DNA of 64,000 nucleotides from Octopus sinensis (Eukaryota): assembly GCF_006345805.1 (NCBI RefSeq), contig NC_043013.1, positions 15,376,001 to 15,440,000 on the forward strand, given 5' to 3'. Under the pieces are notes generated by a model. The model was not told where the DNA came from and did no database searches. It worked only from the letters and a program-made list of their open reading frames with translations. Of the stretch, positions 1 through 12,479 are shown in pieces; positions within the stretch are counted from its first letter, which is position 1, and every line of letters begins with the position of its first letter. A program made the position numbers and the translations under genes.

Positions 1-73
1 GATGTTAAATGATATATATCATTCACCATGCTGGATTGCTGATATCTACAAGTTTTTTTCATTCTCTCTGTTT

Positions 74-250
74 TCATCGTCATCATTTAACGTCCGCTTT
101 CCATGCTAGCATGGGTTGGACGGTTCGACCGCGGTCTGAGAAGCCAGGAGGCTGCACCAGTCTGATCTGGCAGTGTTTCTACAGCTGGATGCCCTTTGTA
201 ACGCCAACCACTCCATAAGTGTAGTGGGTGCTTTTTACGTGCTACCTACA
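74..250 (-). mobile_element. RTE 3'-end repeat with (GAT)n tail
   Basis: catcat-tttaacgtccgctttccatgctagcatgggttggacgg..., the same sequence as the LINE tail at 10032. Confidence 0.85.
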
Positions 251-473
251 TTTAATTTTCTCTGATTCCTTTCTGTTGAAGAACATAGGCTCAAACCATA
301 AAAGACTTTTCCATTTTCTTGAGCGTCAAACTAATACACTTGCTTGTTGTTCATACACCTGTCTTTGTCTTTTGTTTTTCTATAAATTTCAACTTTCTTT
401 CCTTCTCCGAGCGTCTGCTAATACTTTACATGTGCCATGTCCTCGCGTTGTTGTTTTATTGTGTTTGTTCTTC

Positions 474-512
<39 letters not shown>

Positions 513-1010
513 AAGAATAATCTCAGGAAGCTGAACCTTTCAGGCAAGCTCGAGATACCTGGTACCTGGCTGTATTCAAGAAGACCCGTACCCTATACCC
601 TGCAGCAGAAGTGTTGAGACTTATCCTCTGGTGGTGTAAAGCACTCATGGCGGTGCCATGTAAAAGCGCCTGTGTAGTGCCACTTAGAAGTGCCTGTGCA
701 GCGGCATGTAAAAGCTCCTGTGTGGCAACACGTAAAAGTGTGACTCTTATGTGTGGCAACACGTAAAAGCATCCAGCACACTCTGTAATGTGGTTGACAT
801 TAGGAAGGGCACCCACCATGCCAAATCAGACTGGAGTCTGGTGTATCCCCCTATCCCTAGGTGTATCCCATAGTTGAGTGTCTGAGTAGTACCTTATGTA
901 ACTCAGGTACTCAACTGTGAGTTCACTGCATCTTATAGCAGATACAGCTTTAAGCTTATGAAGTTCATATGATAATAGTTTATTTCTTTGTCATCTCATT
1001 TTCTCTTATA

Positions 1011-1790
1011 TACAGGTTGCAGTGAATAAACTGTCTAAATTATGCAAAAATGAAACTAACACTGACATCTCATTTTAACAATATATTTACATAATATATA
1101 TTACATAAAAAATCTTGAAATATTAAAGAAACATTTTTTCAATAAAATCACCATTGGCTTCAACCAAGGTCTCCAGACAATTTTGGAAACTCTTCTGGAT
1201 GGTCTCCTTGTTTAAGTTGGTGAATGCTACCATAATCCTTGCCTTCAATTCATCTTTGGTGTTACAAGGAGTTTTGTTGGTCTCTCACTGAACTGCATCC
1301 TACACTTAATAATCAAGGGGGTTGGAGTCTGGGGAGTTGGGTGGCCAGATGTTAGGGGTGATGTGGTTGCAGAAATTGTCTGACAGCCATGACTAGGTTC
1401 TCCTGCTTGTGTCGCATGGTGCAGAGTCCAGTTGCCAGACATAGGGTCTTCCGGTAGCCACCCTCTTGACCCAGAGCAGCACTATCTCCTCCAGGCACTT
1501 GATGTGGGCCTCCATGTTGAGTCTGAGGCTGTGTGGGAAGATGAATAGAGGCATAACATCATCACTAGTGGTCACTCCAAACACTATGATGTTGACTGGA
1601 TGTTTGATTTTTATCACTCTCGGTACATGTCCTCAGATTGACACCCAGACACTCTGAAATGTTCTTATTGGAGCTTCTGGCACAACTGCCCAGCAGTACA
1701 GTATGTTGTTCTAAATGGCTGAGTGAATTGCATTATGGTACTGTTTTTTTCACAGATGGTGCCCAACTGACCCTACTATACTGTGTAGTC
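1011..1790 (-). mobile_element. Degenerate maT/DD37D Tc1-mariner superfamily transposon fragment
   Basis: Broken frames give HPVNIIVFGV...PYVWQLDSAPCDTSRRTQSWL...WPPNSPDSNPLDY. The spacing from the QDSAP Asp to the NPLD Asp is 37 aa; a tacagg.tgcag terminus is present. Confidence 0.82.
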
Positions 1791-2503
1791 AGCAAAATCA
1801 AAAACAATGTGGAAGCATGAAATTAAAGATGTGTAATGGCAGCAATTTACTCATTGCACCCTATATATATATGTACATGCACACACACATGTATGCGTAT
1901 ATACATGCATATATTTATGTCTATTTATGTATCTATATGTATATATACATGCATATGTATGTATATATGCAAATATCAAACTAAAGTTATAGAACAAACA
2001 AATGCAAGGTCATCCAATAACATTTCATAACTCGAACATTTAATCATAGAATATACATTTAGACATCACGGAAGATGGAATATAATTCATCTGTACAAGC
2101 ATATAAGAAAGTGCGAGAAAAAATGTTTGAATATATGCGATTACAGTTCATCACGGTAAAAAGTTAATACTTTAGCGATTAAGAAAAATATATTTAAAAA
2201 AAAACAAAAACCATTACAACACCTAGAAGGTAAGATGTAAAAATATAGTATAAAGTAATATATAAATATATAGGTATATAAAAATATATAAATAGAGGAA
2301 TCAAATAAAAATATATAATATATAATGTAAAATAAAATAAAGGTTCATCGTTTAGAAAGTCTTATAAAATTACTTATCGAATAAGAGAGGCCTTATAGTT
2401 AAAAAAGAGGAAACCATATTTACTAAATTCCCTATGGCCATTTCGGTGGGGTATATTATTGTGTTTAAATGCAAATATATATATATCTGTGTTTGTATGT
2501 GTA

Positions 2504-2890
2504 TCATCATCATCATCATCATCATTTTAGCGTCCGTTTTCCATGCTAGCATGGGTTGGACGGTTTAACTGGGGTCTGTGAAGCCGGAAGGCTTCATCAG
2601 GCCCAGTCAGATTTGGCAGTGTTTCTATGGCTGGATGCTCTTCCTAACGCCAACCACTCCTGAGTGTAGTGGGTGCTTTTTACGTGCCACCTGCACAGGT
2701 GCCACACAGAGCTGGCAAACGGCCACGAACGGATGGTGTTTTTACGTGCCACCGGCACGGGGGCCAGGCGAGGCTGGCAATGAACACGAACGGATGGTGC
2801 TTTTACGTGCTACCAGCATGGGGGCCAGGTGAGGCTGGCAACGGACAAACGATCGGATGGTTCGCTTAACCACAGCTGCAATTTCCACTG
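2504..2890 (-). mobile_element. RTE 3'-end repeat with tandem TTTTACGTGCC subrepeats
   Basis: Same family as 10032-10400. Confidence 0.85.
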
Positions 2891-2921
2891 ATGTTGATTT
2901 GTATATATATATATATATATC

Positions 2922-2987
<66 letters not shown>

Positions 2988-3426
2988 AATATATATATAT
3001 ATAAATACAAAATAAGAAAATAGAGGAATAGATTTCTTTCAATCATCACTCATAACCTCTATCTCACTTTGTACTTTTATATATATATATATATATACAT
3101 ACGTATAGGAGTTGTTTGCAAGTAAGTTGGACACAGAGATACAAAAGAAATATACAATGTATTAATGCTCATACACACATTTGCCTATCCCATAAATGTG
3201 TACATACGTTCACACATACACCCACCCACAAACTCATATGAACATGTAAGCATGTCTCAAAAACACTTATACACACGCACACCTGTATTTAGACATATTT
3301 GCACACGTATGCCCATATAAATATATCGGTTATAGATTTTGGCACAGGGCCAGCAATTTTAGGGAGAGGTTAAGTCGGTTACATCGACATCAGTATTCAA
3401 CTGGTAATTATTTTATTGACCCTTAA

Positions 3427-3645
3427 CCCTTTCGTTACCAACCCAGCTGAAACTGCCTCTGGCTCTCTCGTACAAACGTCTTGTTTTCTTAAGTTTTGAA
3501 TTAAAATCTTCCACCAAACCTTTGTCACAATTTGTTTCTGACACTAGCTGAATGGTAGCTAAGTTATTTTTCAAAATTCTTTGTCATATTTAAAATAATT
3601 GAAAGAAACACAGAGCATCTGAAAATAAATACGGTAATGAAAGGG
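3427..3645. mobile_element. piggyBac-type MITE inserted into an S2 SINE
   Basis: TTAA|CCCTTTCGTTACC...GGTAATGAAAGGG|TTAA; the flanks rejoin as the S2 sequence gaccc..aaggatgaaaggcaaagtc. Confidence 0.85.
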
Positions 3646-3786
3646 TTAAAAGGATGAAAGGCAAAGTCAACTTCACCGGGATTTGAACTCAGAAGACAAG
3701 CACAATGCTGCTAAGCATTTCTTTCAGCATGCTAACTAATTCTGCCGGCTTGATGCTTTGCCTGTGCAAATATATTAACAGATGAA

Positions 3787-3858
<72 letters not shown>

Positions 3859-5873
3859 TTACTCACTCACTCACTCTTACTCACTCACTCAGAGAAAATC
3901 TAACGAACGTAGGCAATTAGCAATTACTTTTGTGAGACTCAGATTTTGCTCAATCATGAGTCCTGAGACTCATAAAGTCTCAGGACTCAGATTGGTTTCC
4001 ATGGCATATAAGTGACTGAGAAACCCCTGCTACTGAATGGGGATGCCATTCTGTTGCGGGATGAATTGTTGGAACCCATTCACACCTAGGTGGTCTGGAG
4101 TAACGTGAGATGATGTGTTTAGCTCAAGAGCACAACATACCACTTGGTTCAGGAATTGAAACTGTGATTGTACAATTGTGAGCGTAACACCTTAACCACT
4201 GGTTGTGTACTTTCATACCTTTGACTAACAGGTAACTGAAACTAACAAAAGTTGCCAGATAATGAATGAAAGCTAAATTAAGAATATTTCCCATTGGTGA
4301 GAGCCTATTTAAGGTAGGTGCATTGTAGTATTGTATGACATCAAAAACGTGGGAATATTGAGGAATAAGAGGCCTTCTTAGGAGAAATCACTATTACTTG
4401 TTCTCTAAGAGTGAGAAAAGTCGAGAGAAGAATTTATAAAAGAAATTGAGAGCTTAAAGGACTGCAATTTGAATGACTTGTTAATGTCAACAACACAAGA
4501 ATTATATATATATATAAGGTGCCAAATAGTGGGACTGAACCCAGACCCATGTGGTTGGGAAGCAAGCTTCTTACCACACAGCCACGCTATGTATACATAG
4601 ACACATTAACATATGTCCATAGGTACATCTTTGTGGATTGATACACTTTAACACATTTCTGTACATAGGTACTTCCACATCTGTATATGTGTATAAGAAT
4701 AGGCACCTACATATATACAATTGGGTGTGGATACGTAGCCATGTAAGTACACATGGATAAATTGGACACACAGACACAAGAATGTTACGTATCACATCAT
4801 CATCATCATCATCGTTTAACGTCCGTTCTCCATGCTAGCATGGGTTGGACGGTTAGACCAGGGATCTGGGAAGCCAGAAGGCTGCTCCAGGCTCCGGTCT
4901 GATCTGGCAGTGTTTCTACAGCTAGATCAGATTACACAATATAATTATAATGAAACAACTAAATGACACCAGTCAACTTCACAACAAGAATTCCTTGTAC
5001 ATAGTGTAGTCTCTGATTATATTGTCCCTTTATGCATATTGGTTGCATCTGCAGTCCATAATTTCATGTATATGCAGTTCACAATGGTGTGTAGAGTAGA
5101 TGGGTGTTTTTTGAATGAACGGCTTATCAAACAACTGATAGCCTGTAGAGAGCACCAATGCGAAAGTTAGGATATCCTGTGTAGTTATTTGTAAGTTTGT
5201 TGTGTTTTCATCTCTCAGATAAAGATATGTATGGACAGGCACAAGTTGGTATTTATCTCTCTTTAAGGAGTATACAAGGGCCAAGCGGTATCACAGTGAT
5301 GTGGGTAACTTGTGTGGTGGGATGTTTATAAGGATGGGGAGGTTCCAGTTATTTATCTATACAATTAGGTAAACTGATTATGTAATTATGTAATTAAGCT
5401 AATTCAGGTCTACTGTATGAAAGTGTGAAAGTGCATTTATTAACATACAAGTACCTTGTTAGTCTATATACGGGTTTGGTGTTAGGAAGGGCATTCAGCC
5501 ATAGAAATCTTGCCAAAGCAGTCGGGTCGCCATCCAACCCATACCAGCATGGAAAGGGGAAGTTAAATAATGATGATGATGATGATTATCTTTTCCCTCA
5601 CTGCATATGCTTCACCAAGGATCTGTCTGAACATATGTCCAACAAAGAAATCTTTCAGTTTCCACGCTTTCCTTTTCTGAATTGTCTTATGCCATTGCTC
5701 TCCATCTCCTTCTTAAGTCACTAGTCTATGTTGCCTCCTACATTCCTCATTTGGTAGAGATATAGCATTTTCAACCTACTATCTATCCTGTTTTCTGGTG
5801 AGCATAAAGTGTTTTGTGTTATCTGTGTGTGTGTGTGTGTGTATGTGTCTATATACATACACACATATATAAG

Positions 5874-6258
5874 TGCAGGAGTGGCTGTGTGGTAAGGGTT
5901 AGCTCGCTTACCAACCACATGGTTTCAGGTTCAGTCCTACTGCGAGGCACCTTGGGCAAGTGTCTTCTGCTATAGCCTCGGGTTGACCAAAGCCTTGTGA
6001 GTGGATTTGGTAGATGGAAACTGAAAGAAGCTCATTGTATATATATATGAGTGTGTGTGTTTGTGTTTGTCTCCCCACCATCGCTTGACAACTGATGCTG
6101 GTGTGTTTACATCCTTGTAACTTAGTGGTTCAGCAAAAGAGAACGATAGTATAAGTACTAAGCTTACAAAGAATAGGTCCTGGAGTTTATTTGTTCATCT
6201 AAAGGCAGTGCTTCAGCATGGCCACAATCAAGTGAGTGAAACAAGTAAAAGAATAAAA
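5874..6258 (+). mobile_element. SINE family S1 (older copy)
   Basis: Same head, body and tail as 15769-16217. Confidence 0.82.
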
Positions 6259-6609
6259 GAATATATGTATATATGCTTGTGTATCTGTATTTGAAACATA
6301 GATGCTCATGTACATACTTTATCTTATATGGACCTTACCTACAAATCTATTATTTATTCGATTATGGTAATATGGAACACACATATATTTCACTCCAAAT
6401 GATCTTATGGAATTCTTACTCAATATCTTAATTCGCATGCTTGGCTATTCTAAGAAACAGCTGTAAGAGATTCTGTTTATATTCCCAATCTAAGTTACAT
6501 GTTTTTTTGAGTGATGCCGAATGTTTTGCTTTTCCATTTTTTATTTTAATTTATTTATGTATATATGTATGTTTATGTGTATGCATGTATATTTATATAT
6601 GTATACATA

Positions 6610-6648
<39 letters not shown>

Positions 6649-6978
6649 GAATACATACATACACCCACATATTAGATATATATATATATACATACATATA
6701 TGAGAGAGAGAGATGTCTATGTTTATATATATATATTATAATAATATTAGGGAATAAATCCAAACTTACAGGGAAAAATGAGATTTAGGATTAAATCCAA
6801 TTTTATAGTATAAATATATTATATTATATTATATTAAATTAGAGATAAAACCACTATTAGTCAAATCAAACAGTGAAAAACATAAGCCAATACATAAAAT
6901 TCATTTAAAATATAAAAGTTAAAAATAAAAAATTATTCAAATAATTTAAACTTATAAATTTTATATATATATATACAA

Positions 6979-7010
<32 letters not shown>

Positions 7011-7484
7011 ATTTTTATATTTATATATTATTTTATTAATTAATTAATTAATTTTTTTATTTTTTATATTTTTATTATTATTATTTTTATTTAAAAAAAA
7101 ATTTTTTTATTATTATATCAAAAGTATTAAAAGTTTATAGATAGATAGATAGAGATGTCTATAAATAAATGTAATTTTCTTTAGTGACATGTCTTGTATA
7201 TATATAAGTATATATGCATATATATGTGTGTATAGTATATATGTATGCATATGTGTATGTATGTATATGTACAAACGTATATATATTTAGTCAACAGATG
7301 AGATCCAGAAATACTCAATATAGCAAACACTTAGCATTCAGATGATTTGAACTTACACTCTAAAATCTTTACTGAGGACTAGGTCTGTGGAACGAAAGAG
7401 TGGTACATATATAGAAACATGTAAACAGAGAGAAAATAAAAACTGAAAATATTCCGATGATGAGTATTCATGTATAAATATGTA

Positions 7485-7762
7485 GATATTTATTTATTAA
7501 CAGAGTAAACTTACACAGGGTACAAAGACACAGAGATACCTATCCCTCCACCCTGAAGACATAGGCTGAATCTAACTAATGTTTATATGATTCCACTATT
7601 GGTTGTATATCCATCACATTTTGTGAACTACATCTGCCAACATTATAAAATAATTTAATAAATCCAGAAACAGTTGTTGGACCTGTAATGCTATACTTTC
7701 TCCTCTTAATTTTCTGTGTCTTTGTACTCTGTACAAGCTTGCTCTGTTAATATATAAATATC
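7485..7762. mobile_element. MITE-like element with ~51-bp imperfect terminal inverted repeats
   Basis: gatatttatttattaacagagtaaacttacacagggtacaaagacacagag versus the reverse complement of 7712-7762. Confidence 0.6.
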
Positions 7763-7767
7763 TTAAG

Positions 7768-8180
7768 AGCGGCAAGCTGGCAGAATCATTAGCATGTCGG
7801 GTGAAATGCATAGTGGTATTTTGTCTGGCTATGTTCTGAGTTCAAATTCCACTGAGGTCATCTTTGCCTTTCATTCTTTTGCGGTCGATTAAATAAGTAC
7901 CAGTTACACACTGGGGTTGATGTAATCAACTTAATCCGTTTGTCTGTCCTTGTTTGTCCCCTCTGTGTTTAGCCTCTTGTGAGTAGTAAAGAAATAGGTA
8001 TTTTGTCGTTATGCTCTGAGTTCAAATTCCACTGAGGTCAACTTTGCCTCTCATCCTTTTGCGGTCGATTAAATAAGTACCAGTTACACACTGGGGTCTA
8101 TGTAATCGACTTAATCCCTTTGTCTGTCGTTGTTTGCCCCCTCTATGTTTAGCCCCACCCCATGGGCAGTAAAGAAATAA
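7768..8180 (+). mobile_element. tRNA-derived SINE, family S2, with tandem duplication of the body
   Basis: GGCAAGCTGGCAGAA head, GAGTTCAAATTCC B-box, GCCTTTCATCCTTT...GGTCGA...AAGTACCAG central domain present twice. Confidence 0.85.
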
Positions 8181-8575
8181 ATATATAAATATCATTATAT
8201 TTATACATGAGTGTTCATCATCTGAATATTTTCAGCTTTTATTTCCTCTCTATTTACATATTTATATGTATGTATGTTTGTATACATACATGTTTGTATG
8301 TATGTATATTTTGTATAGCTAGTCCAAGCAGTTTCAGTTGTTTATTTGCATCATTATCTCTCTCTCTCTCTCTTTTCTCTCTCTCTATGTATGTATGTAT
8401 GTATACATACACACTCATACATATATACCTTTTATTATTTGTAACATATTTATGCTCCCCCTTCACGTACTTGGGTACACTCGTCCATGCATGCATACTT
8501 ACCCACCTCTACACACACATGTGCTTGCTAGATAAGATAACTGAAATATTTGAAGTGAAACAATATGATTGGAAT

Positions 8576-8607
<32 letters not shown>

Positions 8608-9185
8608 GACTCTTATGTGCGTGTGCCTTTGCATATACATGTTTATACCCACGTGGATGTTGGGGTGATTCTCAGTAGCAAAAAGATAACCAGTATTTAT
8701 GAACACTATGTAAGATTTACAGATATAAGATTAATGGTGTGATAATTTAAGAGATCATGTCTCTTACCTGGTATCAATCAGTGTTAAGTCCTTCTGGTTT
8801 ACTGATTTTACTTTCTTCACCTTTTCTTCAAGGTTTTAGTACCCATCCTTTTTTTTTTTTTGATTTGTTTATAGATGGTGGTGGGGGAATGAAACTAGAC
8901 TTTGAAACAATTCTTATATGCCTTTGGGCTTATATGTATATAATATATATATATACACCGGCTCAGTAATGAATTCAGTAAATTTTTGTAAAGGTTGATA
9001 AATTCTTATAAAGATTTTATCCTATTTTAAAATTATATATATATGTGTGTGTGTGTGTGTTATTTATATATATATGTGTGTGTGTGTGTATGTATGTATA
9101 CTGTAGTTAGTTGTGTGTAAGTTGTATTATTTTATACTTGATTTAACATTAACCTATGGATGCTACTTATTCTCAAGAAAATACA

Positions 9186-9229
<44 letters not shown>

Positions 9230-9707
9230 GTGTGTGTGTGTGTGTAACTTAAGTATAAAAATTTGAGTTTTTCCTTTTTCTTTTTTTTTGTTTTTGCTTT
9301 TGTTTGTTTGTTTCTGTTTATGCAAATTTTGTCTTGGATTAAATTAAACTTACAAATCAAATCCAAAGCTACTCCAGAACTGTGTGTCTTCTTTAGTTGT
9401 TCTTGAATATGTGTTCTTTCAGAAATGTTCCCTCAGAATTCTGTACCTCTGTAATAAGAGGGTGTTTGTGTGTAGGTGTGTGTGTGTGTGTGTGTGTGAG
9501 TGTGCACACCACACTATATGTGTGGTGTGGTTACTTTGGTGTTGTGTGCAAAACTTTTACTAATTCTATTCGATGAGAAAAGATTCCTGTTTGAAGTAAA
9601 AGTGGGTGGGGGATATGGGGATGGCACAAAAGTTTTGAAACACTTTAATGAAAGGGTGTGTGTGTGTGTGTGTGACTCTGTGTATCTAAATATGTGTGTT
9701 TGTGTGC

Positions 9708-9748
<41 letters not shown>

Positions 9749-10031
9749 GTGTATATGTATATGTATGTATGATTTTGATTTTGATTTTTCCAGTTTCAGC
9801 TAATGAGCTGTGGCCATGCTATGTATGTATATATATATATATGTATGTATATATATGTGTATATGTATATATATATATATATGTGTATATATGTATGTAT
9901 ATATATATGTCTATATATGTGTATATATATGTATATGTATGTGTATATGTATGTATATATATATGTATGTATATATTTGTAAAAAATGAAGTTCGAAAAT
10001 GCTGCTATATTATACAATTTTTAATTTTTAT

Positions 10032-11075
10032 ATCATCATCATCATCATCATCGTTTAGCGTCCGTTTTCCATGCTAGCATGGGTTGGACGGTTCTACTGG
10101 GGTCTGTGAAGCCAGAAGGCTTCATCAGGCCCAGTCAAATCTGGCAGTGTTTCTACGGCTGGATGCCCTTCCTAACGCCAACCACTCCGTGAGTGTAGTG
10201 GGTGCTTTTTACGTGCCACCCGCACTGGTGCCAGACAGAGCTGGCAAACGGCCACGAACGGATGGTGCTTTTTATGTGCCACCGGCACGAGGGCCAGGCA
10301 AGGCTGGCACGGACACGAAACGGGGCGGTGCTGGCAACGGTCGCGAAACGGAAAGTTCTCTTACATGCCACCGGCACTGGTAACACATCTGCAATTTCCA
10401 TTGATCGATTTCCATTGATCGATTTCGATTCTGATCCTCACTTGCCTCAACGGGTCTTCACAAGTAGAGTTTCGACATCCACCGGCACTGGTAACACATC
10501 CGCAATTTCCATTGATCGATTTCGATTCTGATCCTAACTTGCCTCAACACGTCTTCACAAGTAGAGTTTTGTGTCCCAAGAAGGGAAGGTATGCATACGT
10601 AGGCTGGCTCCATCCCATGTAGAAGGCCACGGGTTATGGACTCACTTGTCCTGCCGGGTCTTCTCGCGCACAGCACACTTCCAGAGGTCTCGGTCTCTAG
10701 TCATTTCCTCAGTGAGACCTAAAGTTCGAAGGTCGTGCTTCACCACCTCGTCCCAGGTTTTCCTGGGTCTGCCTCTTTCACAGGTTCCCTCAACCGCTAG
10801 GGTGTGGCACTTTTTCACACAACTATCTTCATCCATTCTCGCCACATGACCATACCAGCGCATACGTCTCTCTTGCACACCACAACTGATGCTTCTTAGG
10901 TCCAGCTTTTCTCTCAAGGTACTTACACTCTGCCGAGTGTGAGTACCGGCATTACACATCCATCGGAGCATACTGGCTTCATTTCTTGCGAGCTTACGCA
11001 TATCCTCAGCAGTCACGGCCCATGTTTCACTGCCATGTAGCATGGCTGTTCGTACACACGCATCATACATTCTGC
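10032..11075 (-). mobile_element. 5'-truncated RTE-clade LINE: C-terminal ORF (10642-11070), 3'UTR and (GAT)n tail
   Basis: Peptide YDACVRTAMLHGSETW...RWYGHVARMDE...RGRPRKTWDEVVKHDL is an RTE RT C-terminus. It is contiguous with the abundant tail repeat; there is a ~105-bp tandem duplication in the 3'UTR at ~10365-10570. Confidence 0.9.
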
Positions 11076-11362
11076 CTATGTTTCAGTTCCTGAAATGAAC
11101 CTTATCAAAAAGAGTTATATACAAAAAAAGACAGCTCATGCCGTCAAACACAAGAAATTCATTTATAATACACAACGGAGTCAGACATCTTTAAAGTTCA
11201 AATATAGTTTGAAGTAAGTTCATTCATGCTATATGTTCAAAGTGTTCGATGCAGTGGCCCACGGTGGCGATACGTATTCAATACAAAAAACAGATCAAAG
11301 TGGTGGAAAGTAGTCAATACAGAAGATTGATGTTCCCGAAAGAGCGAGGAATTCATTTTTAC

Positions 11363-11500
11363 CTTGAGCAATTGTGATGACCTATGGTGGATGTTCGCTG
11401 GGTGATTCTAGTGAGTCTTGTGAGTTGTTCGGGTTTTATAATGTCTGTTAGGTGGTCAGTCCAGCGTAGCGTGACGTCATCAACGTTTTGACCAATCGTT
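11363..11500 (-). promoter_or_regulatory. Candidate Pol II core promoter and short non-coding first exon, antisense to DHX38
   Basis: GACCAATCG at 11490-11498, TGACGTCA at 11472-11479, minus-strand TATAAAA at 11440-11434, TCACT Inr-like at ~11412, then CAAG|GTAAAA donor at 11363/11362; 14 CpG in 11221-11522. Confidence 0.5.
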
Positions 11501-11522
11501 TCGTTAGTGGCTTTAGTCAAGC

Positions 11523-11622
11523 NNNNNNNNNNNNNNNNNNNNNNNNNNNNNNNNNNNNNNNNNNNNNNNNNNNNNNNNNNNNNNNNNNNNNNNNNNNNNN
11601 NNNNNNNNNNNNNNNNNNNNNN
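11523..11622. other. Assembly gap (100 N)
   Basis: Run of exactly 100 N, typical of an unsized scaffolding gap. Confidence 0.98.
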
Positions 11623-11885
11623 TGGTTGTGAAATACACCGAAAAATGGCGACACAGCAGTCATAAAATCATAAAAAACAGGAATTTTCATAGAAAAAAAA
11701 GCACCTTTTTGATGTAAATAATTTTTGGTGTTAACATGGTCCGATTTGAATTTTTTCTTCTATGGAAGGAAGAGCAAGCCTTCTTCTATCATACTCTCAA
11801 TTTTGGTCAACTTCTGCCACAGGGTCTCGGAGGAGATAGTGTTAGTTGAAGGCTGCCACGCACAGACAACTTCAGCTTTATATAT
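11623..11885 (-). mobile_element. Probable Helitron-like 5' portion abutting the gap
   Basis: Ends in cacagacaacttcagctttatata, resembling the end of 28214-28820. Confidence 0.45.
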
Positions 11886-12133
11886 CATCATCATCATCAT
11901 CGTTTAACGTCCGTTTTCCACGTTAGCACGGGTTGGACGGTTTGACCGGGGTCTGGGAAGCCAGGGGCTGCACCAGGCTCCAGTCTGATCTGGCAGTGTT
12001 TCTACAGCTGGATGCCCTTCCTAACGCCAACCACTCCTCGATTGTAGTGGGTGCTTTTTACGTGCCACCGGCACAGGTGCCAGGGGAGTCTGGCATCGGC
12101 CACGATCAGTTGGTGCTTTTAACGTGCCACCGG
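11886..12133 (-). mobile_element. RTE 3'-end repeat
   Basis: (CAT)n followed by the family consensus. Confidence 0.85.
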
Positions 12134-12479
12134 CGAGATTTAAAAACTTTTGTGAATGACACATGCAAAAATGGCTGTTTCAAGCTCTCGCTTTTGCATT
12201 TCATTTCTGGTTTTTGTGGTAGTATTATTATAAATGTTATAAACTCCATGCAATTGAAGTGATGAAATTCCATTGCTGTTTAAGCAAAAATGATAATAAT
12301 ATTACTTTAAAATAATACTTTTAAGTACTACTTTTAAATTAATGTTTTTAAAAACAGTGTGTTTTCAGGTGTTCATTTTGCATGCACCTGTACAAATACA
12401 ACATACATATAGACATATCTACACTCGTAGACACACATATATACACAGAATTATATGTTCATGTACACATGAATAAGAC

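Noticed and set aside
4930-5330. Possible Penelope-like remnant
   Set aside because: Compositionally suggestive, but I could not recover a diagnostic motif by eye.
7614-7811. Minus-strand ORF with LFLDLLNYFIML resembling a TMBIM/Bax-inhibitor C-terminus
   Set aside because: It starts in an S2 SINE and runs through the arm of an inverted-repeat element; there is no upstream transmembrane exon.
8767-8835. Strong minus-strand donor CAG|GTAAGAG after EEKVKKVKSVNQKDLTLIDT
   Set aside because: All three frames hit a stop nearby and there is no credible acceptor. It could at most be a non-coding exon.
9694-10077. YIYI/VCVC/HTHT-type ORFs (representative of most of the ORF track)
   Set aside because: Translations of dinucleotide microsatellites.
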